From Runella sp. (GTDB taxonomy: Bacteria; Bacteroidota; Bacteroidia; Cytophagales; Spirosomataceae): a stretch of DNA of 64,000 bases. The first letter of the stretch is position 1. Every line of letters begins with the position of its first letter. Both the position numbers and the translations under genes were made by a program. Below are positions 9,392-17,948 of the stretch, in pieces. Location: assembly GCA_044228585.1 (NCBI GenBank), contig JBGAUP010000001.1, positions 5,855 to 69,854 on the forward strand, written 5' to 3'. Under the pieces are notes generated by a model that saw only the letters and a list, made by a program, of their open reading frames with translations, was not told where the DNA came from and did not search any database.

Positions 9392-10387
9392 CTATGAAAT
9401 TTGGTAGAGTAAAATCATGTTTACTACGTACAATAAAAAGATGATGAGGGTATCCCAGGCCATTACCATTTTTTTCTCCTTGTTTGGGAAAATAAAACCA
9501 ATAATAGCCGTTGCTACCATTAAGATGACAAAAAATACGGATAACAAATTGACCTCAGAAGCATCTTTGAGCAAATAACCTTTGGTATAAAAGACATCAT
9601 CCAGAAATAAAATGAAGATGTTGAAAATATTGCTACCGAGGAGATTCCCGATCGCCAAATCTGGCGAACCCATACGTACGGCTGCCAAAGAAACGGCAAT
9701 TTCGGGTAAAGAGGTTGAAATGGCCAAAAATAATGTCCCTACAAACGATTTTTCAAGTCCTGTTTCTTCGGCAATGTGTTCGGCAAAATAAGGCAATGCC
9801 AAGGCTGTAATAACAATGATGAGTGCAACAAATGAATAACGAATGATCACCTGTCGTAAGCTAAGGTCATAGTGTTGTTGGGGCGATGTGTTTTCAACCG
9901 TGTGATTGCCTTTTTGGTAGTTGTAAATAGTTTTTACCGAAATAAAATAGATAATAGCGAAGGAGAAGCTGGTGAGACCAATCGAGGGAGTAGTGATAAA
10001 ATCGTCGTTCAAAAATAAGCCTAAGCCCGTCAAAGCCATTAAAATCAAGCCAAAGGCTGCCGCCAGAATATGGCTATGAGACACACTACTGAAAAGCGGG
10101 TGGTCTTTGGGCGTGAATATGTCCATTAATGATAAAATTCCGAGGTTGAAAGCGCAACTACCCAAAATATCACCTAAGGCTAAATCGGCAGACTGAACGA
10201 TGGTAGCGGAGCTAATACCTACCATTAGTTCGGGTAAGGAAGTGACCGTGGACATCAGAATCAGCCCTATCCAAGCTTTCCCCAAGCCCGTTAGATTTGC
10301 CAATAAATCTCCGTAGTGGGAAAGAAGTTTACCAGCAAAAAAGATAATAACAGCACAAAGAATGAAACTAAGGCTATGTAGAAGCAT
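9392..10387 (-). CDS. Ca2+/Na+ antiporter family (CaCA, YrbG-like) membrane protein
   Basis: Two internally repeated halves, each with an alpha-repeat-like motif (GLILMSTVTSLPEL; GTLFLAISTSLPEI), and GNLLGSNIFN. 4 nt from the ATPase stop, so probably one operon. Confidence 0.8.
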   Translation of the reverse strand: MLLHSLSFILCAVIIFFAGKLLSHYGDLLANLTGLGKAWIGLILMSTVTSLPELMVGISSATIVQSADLALGDILGSCAFNLGILSLMDIFTPKDHPLFSSVSHSHILAAAFGLILMALTGLGLFLNDDFITTPSIGLTSFSFAIIYFISVKTIYNYQKGNHTVENTSPQQHYDLSLRQVIIRYSFVALIIVITALALPYFAEHIAEETGLEKSFVGTLFLAISTSLPEIAVSLAAVRMGSPDLAIGNLLGSNIFNIFILFLDDVFYTKGYLLKDASEVNLLSVFFVILMVATAIIGFIFPNKEKKMVMAWDTLIIFLLYVVNMILLYQIS

Positions 10388-10558
10388 AGGTAATGATTTC
10401 AGTGAAGGTTAAGAGAGTAGCAAGATAATTGGAAAAGTATAACCGGGTATTAGAATTTCCTTAGATTTTCAATTAGGAAATCGGAATATGCTAATCTATT
10501 CTACTTTTGTCGTTACGTGTTTCAAGTCACTTTGCCCAATTAATAAATTAAAAATAAC

Positions 10559-11389
10559 ATGAAAACCATTTTAGTGACCACTGATTTTTCGGCTAATTCT
10601 AAAGCGGGTATTCGTTTTGCTATACAATTAGCCTCCCAAACTCCGTGCAAATTGATATTTTATACGACGCTTGAACTTCTTTCCCCGACTTTTTGGCAGA
10701 AGGAGAAAACATTGCGTTTTGTGCAAAATGAAACTCAAAAGGGCAAGCAGCAGTTAGGCCATTTTTTGAGAGACATCTTTAAAAATACCCAAAACGGACA
10801 TCTCAAATATGAATACGAGGTGGAAATGGGTACAGATGTAGTAGGTATGGTTTTGAAATATGCCCAAAAAATCAAAGCAGACTTTATTTGTATGAGTACT
10901 CGGGGGGCAGGTACTTTAAAAAAACTGATGGGTACCAATGCGTCGGCTTTGGTAAATACTTCGCCTATCCCATTGATTGTAGTCCCTAAAAGCTATCGTT
11001 TTAAACCCATTACTAAAATTGGCTACTCTTCTGATTTTGAGAAACTTGATAGTGAGTTGGAGACAGTGAGCCAATTAGCGGCGTTATTTAATGTGGATAC
11101 CGATGTTTATCATTTTGACTATCATATCCACGGTTCAGAAAGGAAAGAAAAACTCAAAAAGTTTCAAGAAAAGTATCAGGGTAAGCCTTTCAATATTTAT
11201 TTACCAAAGTACAATATGGAATATACTCTGGTGGAAAACTTACAAAGGACGATTAAAAATAAAAAACCCTCTATTTTGGTGATGTTTTCTAAAAGTAAAT
11301 TGAATTGGTTTGAGCGTTTATTTTTTTCAGGCTTTACGGCTGGTATGACTTTCGATATTAAAATTCCACTTTTAGCCTATAGAAGATAG
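10559..11389 (+). CDS. universal stress protein (tandem UspA domains)
   Basis: MKTILVTTDFS... start, STRGAG-like motif, PLIVVP, and a duplicated approximately 135-aa architecture. Confidence 0.75.
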   Translation: MKTILVTTDFSANSKAGIRFAIQLASQTPCKLIFYTTLELLSPTFWQKEKTLRFVQNETQKGKQQLGHFLRDIFKNTQNGHLKYEYEVEMGTDVVGMVLKYAQKIKADFICMSTRGAGTLKKLMGTNASALVNTSPIPLIVVPKSYRFKPITKIGYSSDFEKLDSELETVSQLAALFNVDTDVYHFDYHIHGSERKEKLKKFQEKYQGKPFNIYLPKYNMEYTLVENLQRTIKNKKPSILVMFSKSKLNWFERLFFSGFTAGMTFDIKIPLLAYRR

Positions 11390-11403
11390 AATAAACTGAT
11401 GAG

Positions 11404-11435
11404 ACAAAAGCACGGTTTTGGCCGTGCTTTTGTCT
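11404..11435. terminator. bidirectional hairpin terminator
   Basis: gacaaaagcacgg / ccgtgcttttgtc form a perfect 13-bp stem with a 6-nt loop. A-run and T-run flank the stem. It sits between convergent genes. Confidence 0.75.
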
Positions 11436-11454
11436 TAATTTCTCTGATTATCAA

Positions 11455-12399
11455 TTATTTCTCCAACAACATAGCTCCGTAAGAATAACCTCCTCCAAAA
11501 ACAGTAATGACAATTCGCTGACCTTTTTGAAACTTAGGCCAATTTTCGGACAAGCCAATGGCACACCCAGCACAGCCCGTATTGCCGAGGTATTGGATAT
11601 TGGAAAGTAATTTTTCTTCGGGTAGCCCCAACGTATTCATTACGTTCATACTAATTCGTAGATTGGCTTGGTGGGGCAATACATAATCTACGTCTTCTAC
11701 GCTCAATCCACACCTTTCAAGTACTTGTAAACTTGCCTTTGGCATGTAAGTACAGGCATTGATAAACACATCGCGACCAAAAGGCATAATGACACCTCGC
11801 TCGTTGGGGCGCAGTACCACCGCTTCCGTGGCTTTTCCGCTCGTGGCTGCTCCGCCAGTCAATAAAGCACGAATTTGTAAATCTCCCTTGCTGATACGCT
11901 CTTTGGAAATAAGCATGGCTGCCGCTCCGTCGCCCCACAAATGTCCTGATACAGTGTCGGTTTCGTTGTAATAACCCGTGTTGTGTTCTGAAGTAATGAC
12001 CAAGGCTTTGGTCGCTTTATTCATGGCAAAATAGCCTTCTACTACTTCAATGGCGTTAAGTAAAGAAGAACAGGCCGAAGAAATGGTAACGACAGGAATG
12101 TCGGGAATTTCTAAATAATGTTGTACGGCATGCCCCAAGGTGACGATGGCATCGTAAGCGGTGTAGGTAGCACCTACTATCAAATCTACTTCGTTGATGT
12201 CAACTTGAATTTTATCTAACAGTGCCTTTACGGCTTCTACTCCCATCGTATGCGAGTTTTCGGCGGAGGCTGCCTTGCGTCGAAGTTGAATACCCGTGCG
12301 CTGTACAATCCATTCGTCGGACAGGCCATTGAGTTTAGTAAAATGTTCGTTATCAACTACTTGTTCGGGCAAGTAGTGACCGACCTGATGAAGAAACAT
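11455..12399 (-). CDS. 3-oxoacyl-ACP synthase III-like (FabH/KAS III family)
   Basis: Catalytic Cys context ISSACSS, His in LPHQANL, Asn in YLGNTGCAG. 314 aa. Confidence 0.85.
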   Translation of the reverse strand: MFLHQVGHYLPEQVVDNEHFTKLNGLSDEWIVQRTGIQLRRKAASAENSHTMGVEAVKALLDKIQVDINEVDLIVGATYTAYDAIVTLGHAVQHYLEIPDIPVVTISSACSSLLNAIEVVEGYFAMNKATKALVITSEHNTGYYNETDTVSGHLWGDGAAAMLISKERISKGDLQIRALLTGGAATSGKATEAVVLRPNERGVIMPFGRDVFINACTYMPKASLQVLERCGLSVEDVDYVLPHQANLRISMNVMNTLGLPEEKLLSNIQYLGNTGCAGCAIGLSENWPKFQKGQRIVITVFGGGYSYGAMLLEK

Positions 12400-12651
12400 A
12401 CAGTGGTTAGTTTAAACCTATACTTTTAAGGCCGAAAGTTAAACATTTCGTAGAAAACGTAGTACAAATTATTGAAATCTTTCAATAAAGTCATTGATAG
12501 GTACAATTAAATCGAATGTCAATGAGCAAATTTTGAGGCGATTAAGTTCAGAGAGAGGAGTTCAAAAAATAAAATCTATCCAAGAAATAATGTTCGGTGA
12601 GGGAAAGTACCGTATTTTTGCCCAACATCAACCACCGTCGAACTGTCGCCA

Positions 12652-13608
12652 ATGCAGCCTACCAAATTATTAGTTGTTGTTCCTTGCTATAACGAAGAAG
12701 AAATTCTCGCCAAAACCCACTATACGCTACAAGCGTACCGTGGCCGCTTGGTGGCCGAAGGGGCGATTTCTCCCGAGAGTCGGCTGTGTTTTGTAAATGA
12801 CGGTAGTCGTGACCGAACTTGGCAATTGATTGACGAAATTTGCCAAAAAGACCCTTATAGTATCGGGGTGAAACTTTCCCGTAATTTTGGCCATCAAAGT
12901 GCTATTTTGGCAGGGCTGATGCATCATTCTGCCGATTTTGATTGTTTTGTAACCATAGATGCCGATTTGCAGGACGATGTAGAGGCCATTGGGCAGATGA
13001 TTGAGCAACATCGCCGTGGCGCCATGGTTGTGTATGGAGTGCGCGACGACCGCAGCAGTGATACTTGGTTTAAACGCACCACCGCCGAATCTTTCTATAA
13101 AATGATGCGTTGGATGGGCGTACCTGTGGTGTTTAATCATGCTGATTTTCGTTTAATGGATCGGCGTATTTTGGAAGAATTTGCCAACTTCAAAGAAGTA
13201 AATCTGTTTTTGCGGGGTATTATTCCCTTGATTGGCTTTCGTTCCGAAAAAGTTTTTTACAAACGTTTTGAGCGCGAAGCGGGTGAAACCAAATACCCAC
13301 TCCAAAAAATGCTGCTTTTTGCTTGGAACGGGGTTACTTCGTTCAGTACGTTTCCGATGCGCTTGGTTCTTTACTTCGGAGTTCTCAATTTTCTCATTGC
13401 CATTGTCATCGGGTTTTATATCGGCATTTCTTATTTGTTTGGTAGTACCGTAGCAGGTTGGACTTCGATTGTACTCCCTATGACGTTTTTTAGCGGAGCC
13501 AATATGATTGCTATTGGGTTGATTGGAGAATACGTTGGTAAGATTTATGAAGAAGTAAAGGGACGGCCAAGGTATATTATTGAATCAGTAGTGAGGAGTG
13601 AGGAGTGA
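12652..13608 (+). CDS. GT2 polyprenyl-phosphate glycosyltransferase (GtrB/ArnC/DPM1-like)
   Basis: VVVPCYNEE, VNDGSRDRT, SRNFGHQSA, IDADLQDD, plus two C-terminal TM helices. Confidence 0.85.
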   Translation: MQPTKLLVVVPCYNEEEILAKTHYTLQAYRGRLVAEGAISPESRLCFVNDGSRDRTWQLIDEICQKDPYSIGVKLSRNFGHQSAILAGLMHHSADFDCFVTIDADLQDDVEAIGQMIEQHRRGAMVVYGVRDDRSSDTWFKRTTAESFYKMMRWMGVPVVFNHADFRLMDRRILEEFANFKEVNLFLRGIIPLIGFRSEKVFYKRFEREAGETKYPLQKMLLFAWNGVTSFSTFPMRLVLYFGVLNFLIAIVIGFYIGISYLFGSTVAGWTSIVLPMTFFSGANMIAIGLIGEYVGKIYEEVKGRPRYIIESVVRSEE

Positions 13609-13614
13609 GAAAGG
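13587..13614. repeat. heptamer array, GTGANNA family (3-4 units)
   Basis: gtgagga gtgagga gtgagaa (13591-13611). It spans the last codons (VVRSEE) and the TGA stop (13606-13608) of the GT2 gene. Confidence 0.6.
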
Positions 13615-13656
13615 AGTTTATGACACGCAATTAACCATTCACGGATAACAGAAGCA

Positions 13657-15102
13657 TTGATGCTAAAAACCTTACAAAAACCTATATTTCAAGACCTATT
13701 CAACGTTGGATTGTTGGCCGTGGCGGTGGTGCCGTTGTTGATGTTATCGTTGTATAATCACCCTTCGCCTGTTGACGATTATTGCTACATAGATACCGTC
13801 TTTAAATACGGTTATTTTGAAGCCATGAATTATTATTATACGGGTTGGACGGGGCGTTATTTTGGTATTTGGCTCAATCACTCCAATCCGCTGATTGTAG
13901 AATGGGCTGGTGGGTTCAAACTACTTTCTTTTTTGCTAATTCTCGGAGTGGTAAGTAGTATGTATCTGCTAATCAGTGCGTTGTTTTCTAAGAGGAGTTC
14001 TCTCAGCGCTTTAGGGCTAACGGGCGCAATGCTTCTCCTGTTGGTTCTTAAAATCATGAGTGTGGTAGAGGCTTTTTATTGGATGGCGGCTTTTGTGACT
14101 TACACAGTACCGAATATTTTGACGCTTTACTGGTTAGTGGTTATGATTCGCTGGTATCAACTACCCAGTGGAATGTTTCAGAAATTAACGGCGATTTGGG
14201 CTGGTTTTTTGGTGTTTGCGGTGATTGGGTGCAGCGAAACCAATCTTACAATCATGGTTTTACTGGTTTTAGGTTGGTTTGGTTATCAATTGGTGATTCA
14301 TCGAAAATGGGATTGGTTTGCCGTATTTTTAATCGGAGTTGCCGTATTTTCCTGTTATATTTTCTTTTCTTCTCCTGGCAACGCACAACGTTTGGGAGGC
14401 AATCCAGAAGGACGAAATTTTACGCTTTCGACGTTTCAGTCTTTCAAAATGTTGCTAAAATTAGCCTTAGATTGGGTGTTTCTTACTCCTTTATTGGTAT
14501 TCACTATTTTATGGATTGCGGTACTGCCCAAAATCTTTGAAGCAGAAGGAAAGCAGAATCATTATTTTTCAGTGCCGCCTTGGGCAGCTGCGTTGGGCTA
14601 TTTGGGCGTGCTTTTTGTGCAGATTTTTCCCTCTTACTACGGAATTGGTATTGAGCCTGCGCCTCGTGTCATCAATTCGGTATATCTGTATTTCTTGCTT
14701 GGATGGTTTTATAACGTGGCTGTCTTGTTCAAATTTATATACGATAAAAATTGGCTTGGCGCCCAAAAATGGTATTTTCCACCTTCTATCAAGGCGGTAT
14801 TGGCTGCGCTTATCTTGGTGAGTGCCTTATTTAGTCCCAATTTAAGAATGGTTTATGGGGATTGGTTACGTGGACGTGCCGCCGCCTACGATGTAGAATT
14901 GAAAGAACGCTACGCTTACATCAAAAAAACACCTGGCGATACAGTGTATGTAGTTCCTTTGAAATCAAAACCACAATCTTTGTTTATGGACGATGCCAAC
15001 GCCGACCCCAAACATTGGTGGAGCAAGTGCATGGGGGGGTATTTTGGAAAAAAAGCGGTTGTTTTAAGAAGAGAAGAATCTACAGTAAACGTTAAACAGT
15101 AA
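13657..15102 (+). CDS. large polytopic membrane protein, putative GT-C-like glycosyltransferase
   Basis: About 11-12 hydrophobic helices. Acidic DD motif (NHPSPVDDY) in the first predicted loop after TM1. Position directly after a GtrB-like GT2. The family assignment is an inference. Confidence 0.5.
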   Translation: MMLKTLQKPIFQDLFNVGLLAVAVVPLLMLSLYNHPSPVDDYCYIDTVFKYGYFEAMNYYYTGWTGRYFGIWLNHSNPLIVEWAGGFKLLSFLLILGVVSSMYLLISALFSKRSSLSALGLTGAMLLLLVLKIMSVVEAFYWMAAFVTYTVPNILTLYWLVVMIRWYQLPSGMFQKLTAIWAGFLVFAVIGCSETNLTIMVLLVLGWFGYQLVIHRKWDWFAVFLIGVAVFSCYIFFSSPGNAQRLGGNPEGRNFTLSTFQSFKMLLKLALDWVFLTPLLVFTILWIAVLPKIFEAEGKQNHYFSVPPWAAALGYLGVLFVQIFPSYYGIGIEPAPRVINSVYLYFLLGWFYNVAVLFKFIYDKNWLGAQKWYFPPSIKAVLAALILVSALFSPNLRMVYGDWLRGRAAAYDVELKERYAYIKKTPGDTVYVVPLKSKPQSLFMDDANADPKHWWSKCMGGYFGKKAVVLRREESTVNVKQ

Positions 15103-15119
15103 ACCATCTGACGATACTA

Positions 15120-16838
15120 TTGAACTCATCAAGAAAATATATCATCTTCGCCTTTATTCTGCTTCCTATTGTTGTGTTTTATGGCTTTAGTATAGCTTAT
15201 AGCACCAATATTCCGTGGTTTGATGACATTGAAAATATTCCCTATTTTCTTTCCCGTCTGCTTGACGCCCCCACTTGGTACGAACGTGCCGAGGCATTTT
15301 TGCGCCCCAACAACGAGCACCGTGTTTTGAGCGCACGGCTCATTGTCTATTTCAATTATTTGTTGACCCACCAACTCAACTTTCGGGCATTGGCACTGAT
15401 CGGAAACCTAACGGTACTTGGTATTTTCTTGCTCCTAACAAGCGCTTATTTGAAAAATAGCGGACGGCTTCTTTATCTCATTCCTGCTGCATTTTTTATT
15501 TTCAACTTACAATTTTACAGCATGACGTTTATGACGATCATGTCGCTTCAGTATCAGTTGATTATCTGCGAGGTATTTTTGAGTCTGTATTTATTGGTTA
15601 AACCTTCCCGTTTTAGTTTTGGAGCAGCCATTTTGGTGGCAATCTTAGGTACATTCAGCATGGGAAATGGTTTGATGGTTTGGCCAACAGGGGCGCTTAT
15701 TCTACTCTATTTAGGACACTGGTCACGCTTAAGTACTTGGTTGATTATCGGCGTTTTATCCATTGTGGGGTATTTTTCGGGCTATGCTTTTGTGCAGGGC
15801 AACGACGAAGGATTTCTGTATTTCTTCCAGCATCCATTCAAAGTCATCATCGGTTTCTTTGCGTTTGTAGGCGGGATTTTGGATTGGTTTCCCCGAATTA
15901 CATTTGAAAAACGGATGCTTCTTCCTGTGTTGGGCGGACTGTTTATTGTTGTTTTTTTTCTGTTCTATACCCTCGGAATGGTCGGTATATCAGCACGTTG
16001 GCGTACTTTGGTTTCTCCCAAACTTACCAAATTTTACCTACGAATTCCTTATTTCAGAAACATAGAGCCGCGTTGGGGTGCATTTTGGGTAGGGTGTTTT
16101 GTGTATTTGTTGATTAACAGCGCATTGGTGGTGTTTTTTCGTACGCGCTTTGATTATCAATTGGTGCTTTGGGCCACCTACAAAATTTATCCAGGAACGC
16201 TCATGGCATTAACCGTCCTTTTAGTTTTGCAAATAATCGCTCCAGCACGACAAAAAGTGGGACTCATACTGTTTACTGGAGCCGCTTTACTTTCTTGGTT
16301 ATCTTCCTATTGGCATTTTATACCACAAGTACAACAAGACCGCAAACAACGATTGGCTTTTGCCTTCAATCAACAGCGCAACGACGTAGGATTAGGCGCT
16401 GAAAAGAATTCCAATTTTGCTCAATTTATTGTCGCCACCTTGGACAGTGCCGAGTCCAAAGGGTTTTACAAATTGCCTGCTCCTTTGCTTGACCCACAGG
16501 AAAAAGGGATTGAAAAAATATTGCGCGACAGTACATTGAAACTGCCGATAACAACCGTAAATGTGAATGACCAAACTAACACATTGGTAATCAGCAATGA
16601 AACGCTTGAGTACATCGAAGGAAAAGAAACTGGAGTGTTTATCACGTTGACCTCACCCCGTCATTTTTACATTTTTTCGGCAGCTCCTAATCAGGCATTT
16701 CACAATCCTCAAAAAGGATTTCAGATTTATTGTCCTAAAGGTGTTTTGTATAACGAAACCTATCAAATTGGGGTTTGGGTTGTGCAAAAAAGTGGTAATC
16801 AGATTTACAAAACCAGCCAAAACGTAAGATTACCGTGA
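15120..16838 (+). CDS. large polytopic membrane protein with C-terminal soluble domain, putative GT-C-like glycosyltransferase
   Basis: TTG start (no in-frame ATG nearby). DD motif (IPWFDDIE) after TM1. More than 10 helices, then an approximately 150-aa non-hydrophobic tail. Followed by a second GtrB-like GT2. Confidence 0.5.
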   Translation: MNSSRKYIIFAFILLPIVVFYGFSIAYSTNIPWFDDIENIPYFLSRLLDAPTWYERAEAFLRPNNEHRVLSARLIVYFNYLLTHQLNFRALALIGNLTVLGIFLLLTSAYLKNSGRLLYLIPAAFFIFNLQFYSMTFMTIMSLQYQLIICEVFLSLYLLVKPSRFSFGAAILVAILGTFSMGNGLMVWPTGALILLYLGHWSRLSTWLIIGVLSIVGYFSGYAFVQGNDEGFLYFFQHPFKVIIGFFAFVGGILDWFPRITFEKRMLLPVLGGLFIVVFFLFYTLGMVGISARWRTLVSPKLTKFYLRIPYFRNIEPRWGAFWVGCFVYLLINSALVVFFRTRFDYQLVLWATYKIYPGTLMALTVLLVLQIIAPARQKVGLILFTGAALLSWLSSYWHFIPQVQQDRKQRLAFAFNQQRNDVGLGAEKNSNFAQFIVATLDSAESKGFYKLPAPLLDPQEKGIEKILRDSTLKLPITTVNVNDQTNTLVISNETLEYIEGKETGVFITLTSPRHFYIFSAAPNQAFHNPQKGFQIYCPKGVLYNETYQIGVWVVQKSGNQIYKTSQNVRLP

Positions 16839-16872
16839 TTTTAGAGGTCTTTTTCCTAATTTTACCCTGAAT

Positions 16873-16907
16873 TTGTCACTCATTACTCATCACTTGTCAC
16901 TTGTCTT
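16873..16907. repeat. heptamer array, GTGANNA family on the opposite strand (5 units)
   Basis: ttgtcac tcattac tcatcac ttgtcac ttgtctt. The TTG start (16901) of the next GT2 lies in the last unit. Confidence 0.6.
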
Positions 16908-17887
16908 TACCTCAAATCTCCATAGTCGCGCCGCTTTATAACGAATCTGAGTCGTTTCCGCACTTAGTACAAAGGCTTACTCAACTCATGGATAGTCTTC
17001 AGTTGAGGATTGAAGTTGTATTGATTGATGACGGTAGCCGCGACAATACTGCCATACAGATGCGACAAATTGCGCTGACGGACACGCGTTATCATTGCGT
17101 ATTCTTGTCGCGCAATCACGGACACCAATTGGCTTTGACGGCAGGATTGGCCGCTGCCAGAGCCACCGAAGCGTTGTTCGTTATTGACGGCGATTTACAA
17201 GACCCGCCCGAATTGTTACCCGATTTCTATCAAAAAATGCAGGAAGGCTACGATGTGGTGTATGCTGTAAGGCGGAAGCGCAAGGAAAATTTCATCAAAA
17301 AAACGGGTTATTTCCTTTTTTATCGCTTGCTAAAATCTATTTCTTACGTAGATATTCCGCTTGATAGCGGTGATTTTGCCCTCATTAGCCGACGTGTGGC
17401 CGATGTATTGAATCAGATGCCCGAAGAAAGCCGCTTCCTCCGAGGAATGCGCTCGTGGGTGGGTTTTAAACAGACTGGTTTTGAATATGAGCGCAGCGAA
17501 CGCGTAGCTGGTGAGTCAAAATACTCCTTCAAACAACTATTTCGACTGGCCTACAACGGAATCTTTAATTTTAGTGAGTTTCCTATCAAATTCATGACAA
17601 GGGCTGGGGGAGTGGCGATTGGTATTGCGCTGGTATATTTCGTCATTGTTATTATCAAAAAACTGTTTTTTGCGGGAATCATTGAGGGTTTTACGGCTTT
17701 GTTGTTCGTTATTATCCTATTCAGTGGTGTACAACTCATGTCTTTGGGCATCATTGGCGAATACGTGTTACGCATCTTTTTTCAATCCAAGGGTCGCCCG
17801 TTGTATGTGGTAAAAGAGGAGATTGTGGAAGGTGCCTTGAAAGAACCGCAAAACAGAAAAACCGTAAAACAGAAAAAGGTAGATTGA
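16901..17887 (+). CDS. GT2 polyprenyl-phosphate glycosyltransferase (GtrB/ArnC-like), second copy
   Basis: ISIVAPLYNE, IDDGSRDNT, SRNHGHQLA, IDGDLQDPPE, and C-terminal TM helices. The start codon is TTG. Confidence 0.8.
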   Translation: MSLPQISIVAPLYNESESFPHLVQRLTQLMDSLQLRIEVVLIDDGSRDNTAIQMRQIALTDTRYHCVFLSRNHGHQLALTAGLAAARATEALFVIDGDLQDPPELLPDFYQKMQEGYDVVYAVRRKRKENFIKKTGYFLFYRLLKSISYVDIPLDSGDFALISRRVADVLNQMPEESRFLRGMRSWVGFKQTGFEYERSERVAGESKYSFKQLFRLAYNGIFNFSEFPIKFMTRAGGVAIGIALVYFVIVIIKKLFFAGIIEGFTALLFVIILFSGVQLMSLGIIGEYVLRIFFQSKGRPLYVVKEEIVEGALKEPQNRKTVKQKKVD

Positions 17888-17943
17888 TTTTACATTTCCT
17901 GCTAAGTCCGTACGCTTTTACATTTTACATTTTTCGGTTTTAA
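17888..17943. repeat. weak heptamer-phased array (TTTTACA units)
   Basis: ttttaca at 17888, 17916 and 17923 (offsets are multiples of 7). The units between them are degenerate. Immediately upstream, the 3-prime end of the CDS holds a 16-nt direct duplication ccg(c/t)aaaacagaaaaa. Confidence 0.35.
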
Positions 17944-17948
17944 AAACC

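Noticed and set aside
14079-14821. Alternative-frame ORFs (153 and 101 aa) inside the 481-aa membrane protein gene.
   Set aside because: They are same-strand out-of-frame ORFs within a long, consistently hydrophobic ORF, and their composition is atypical.
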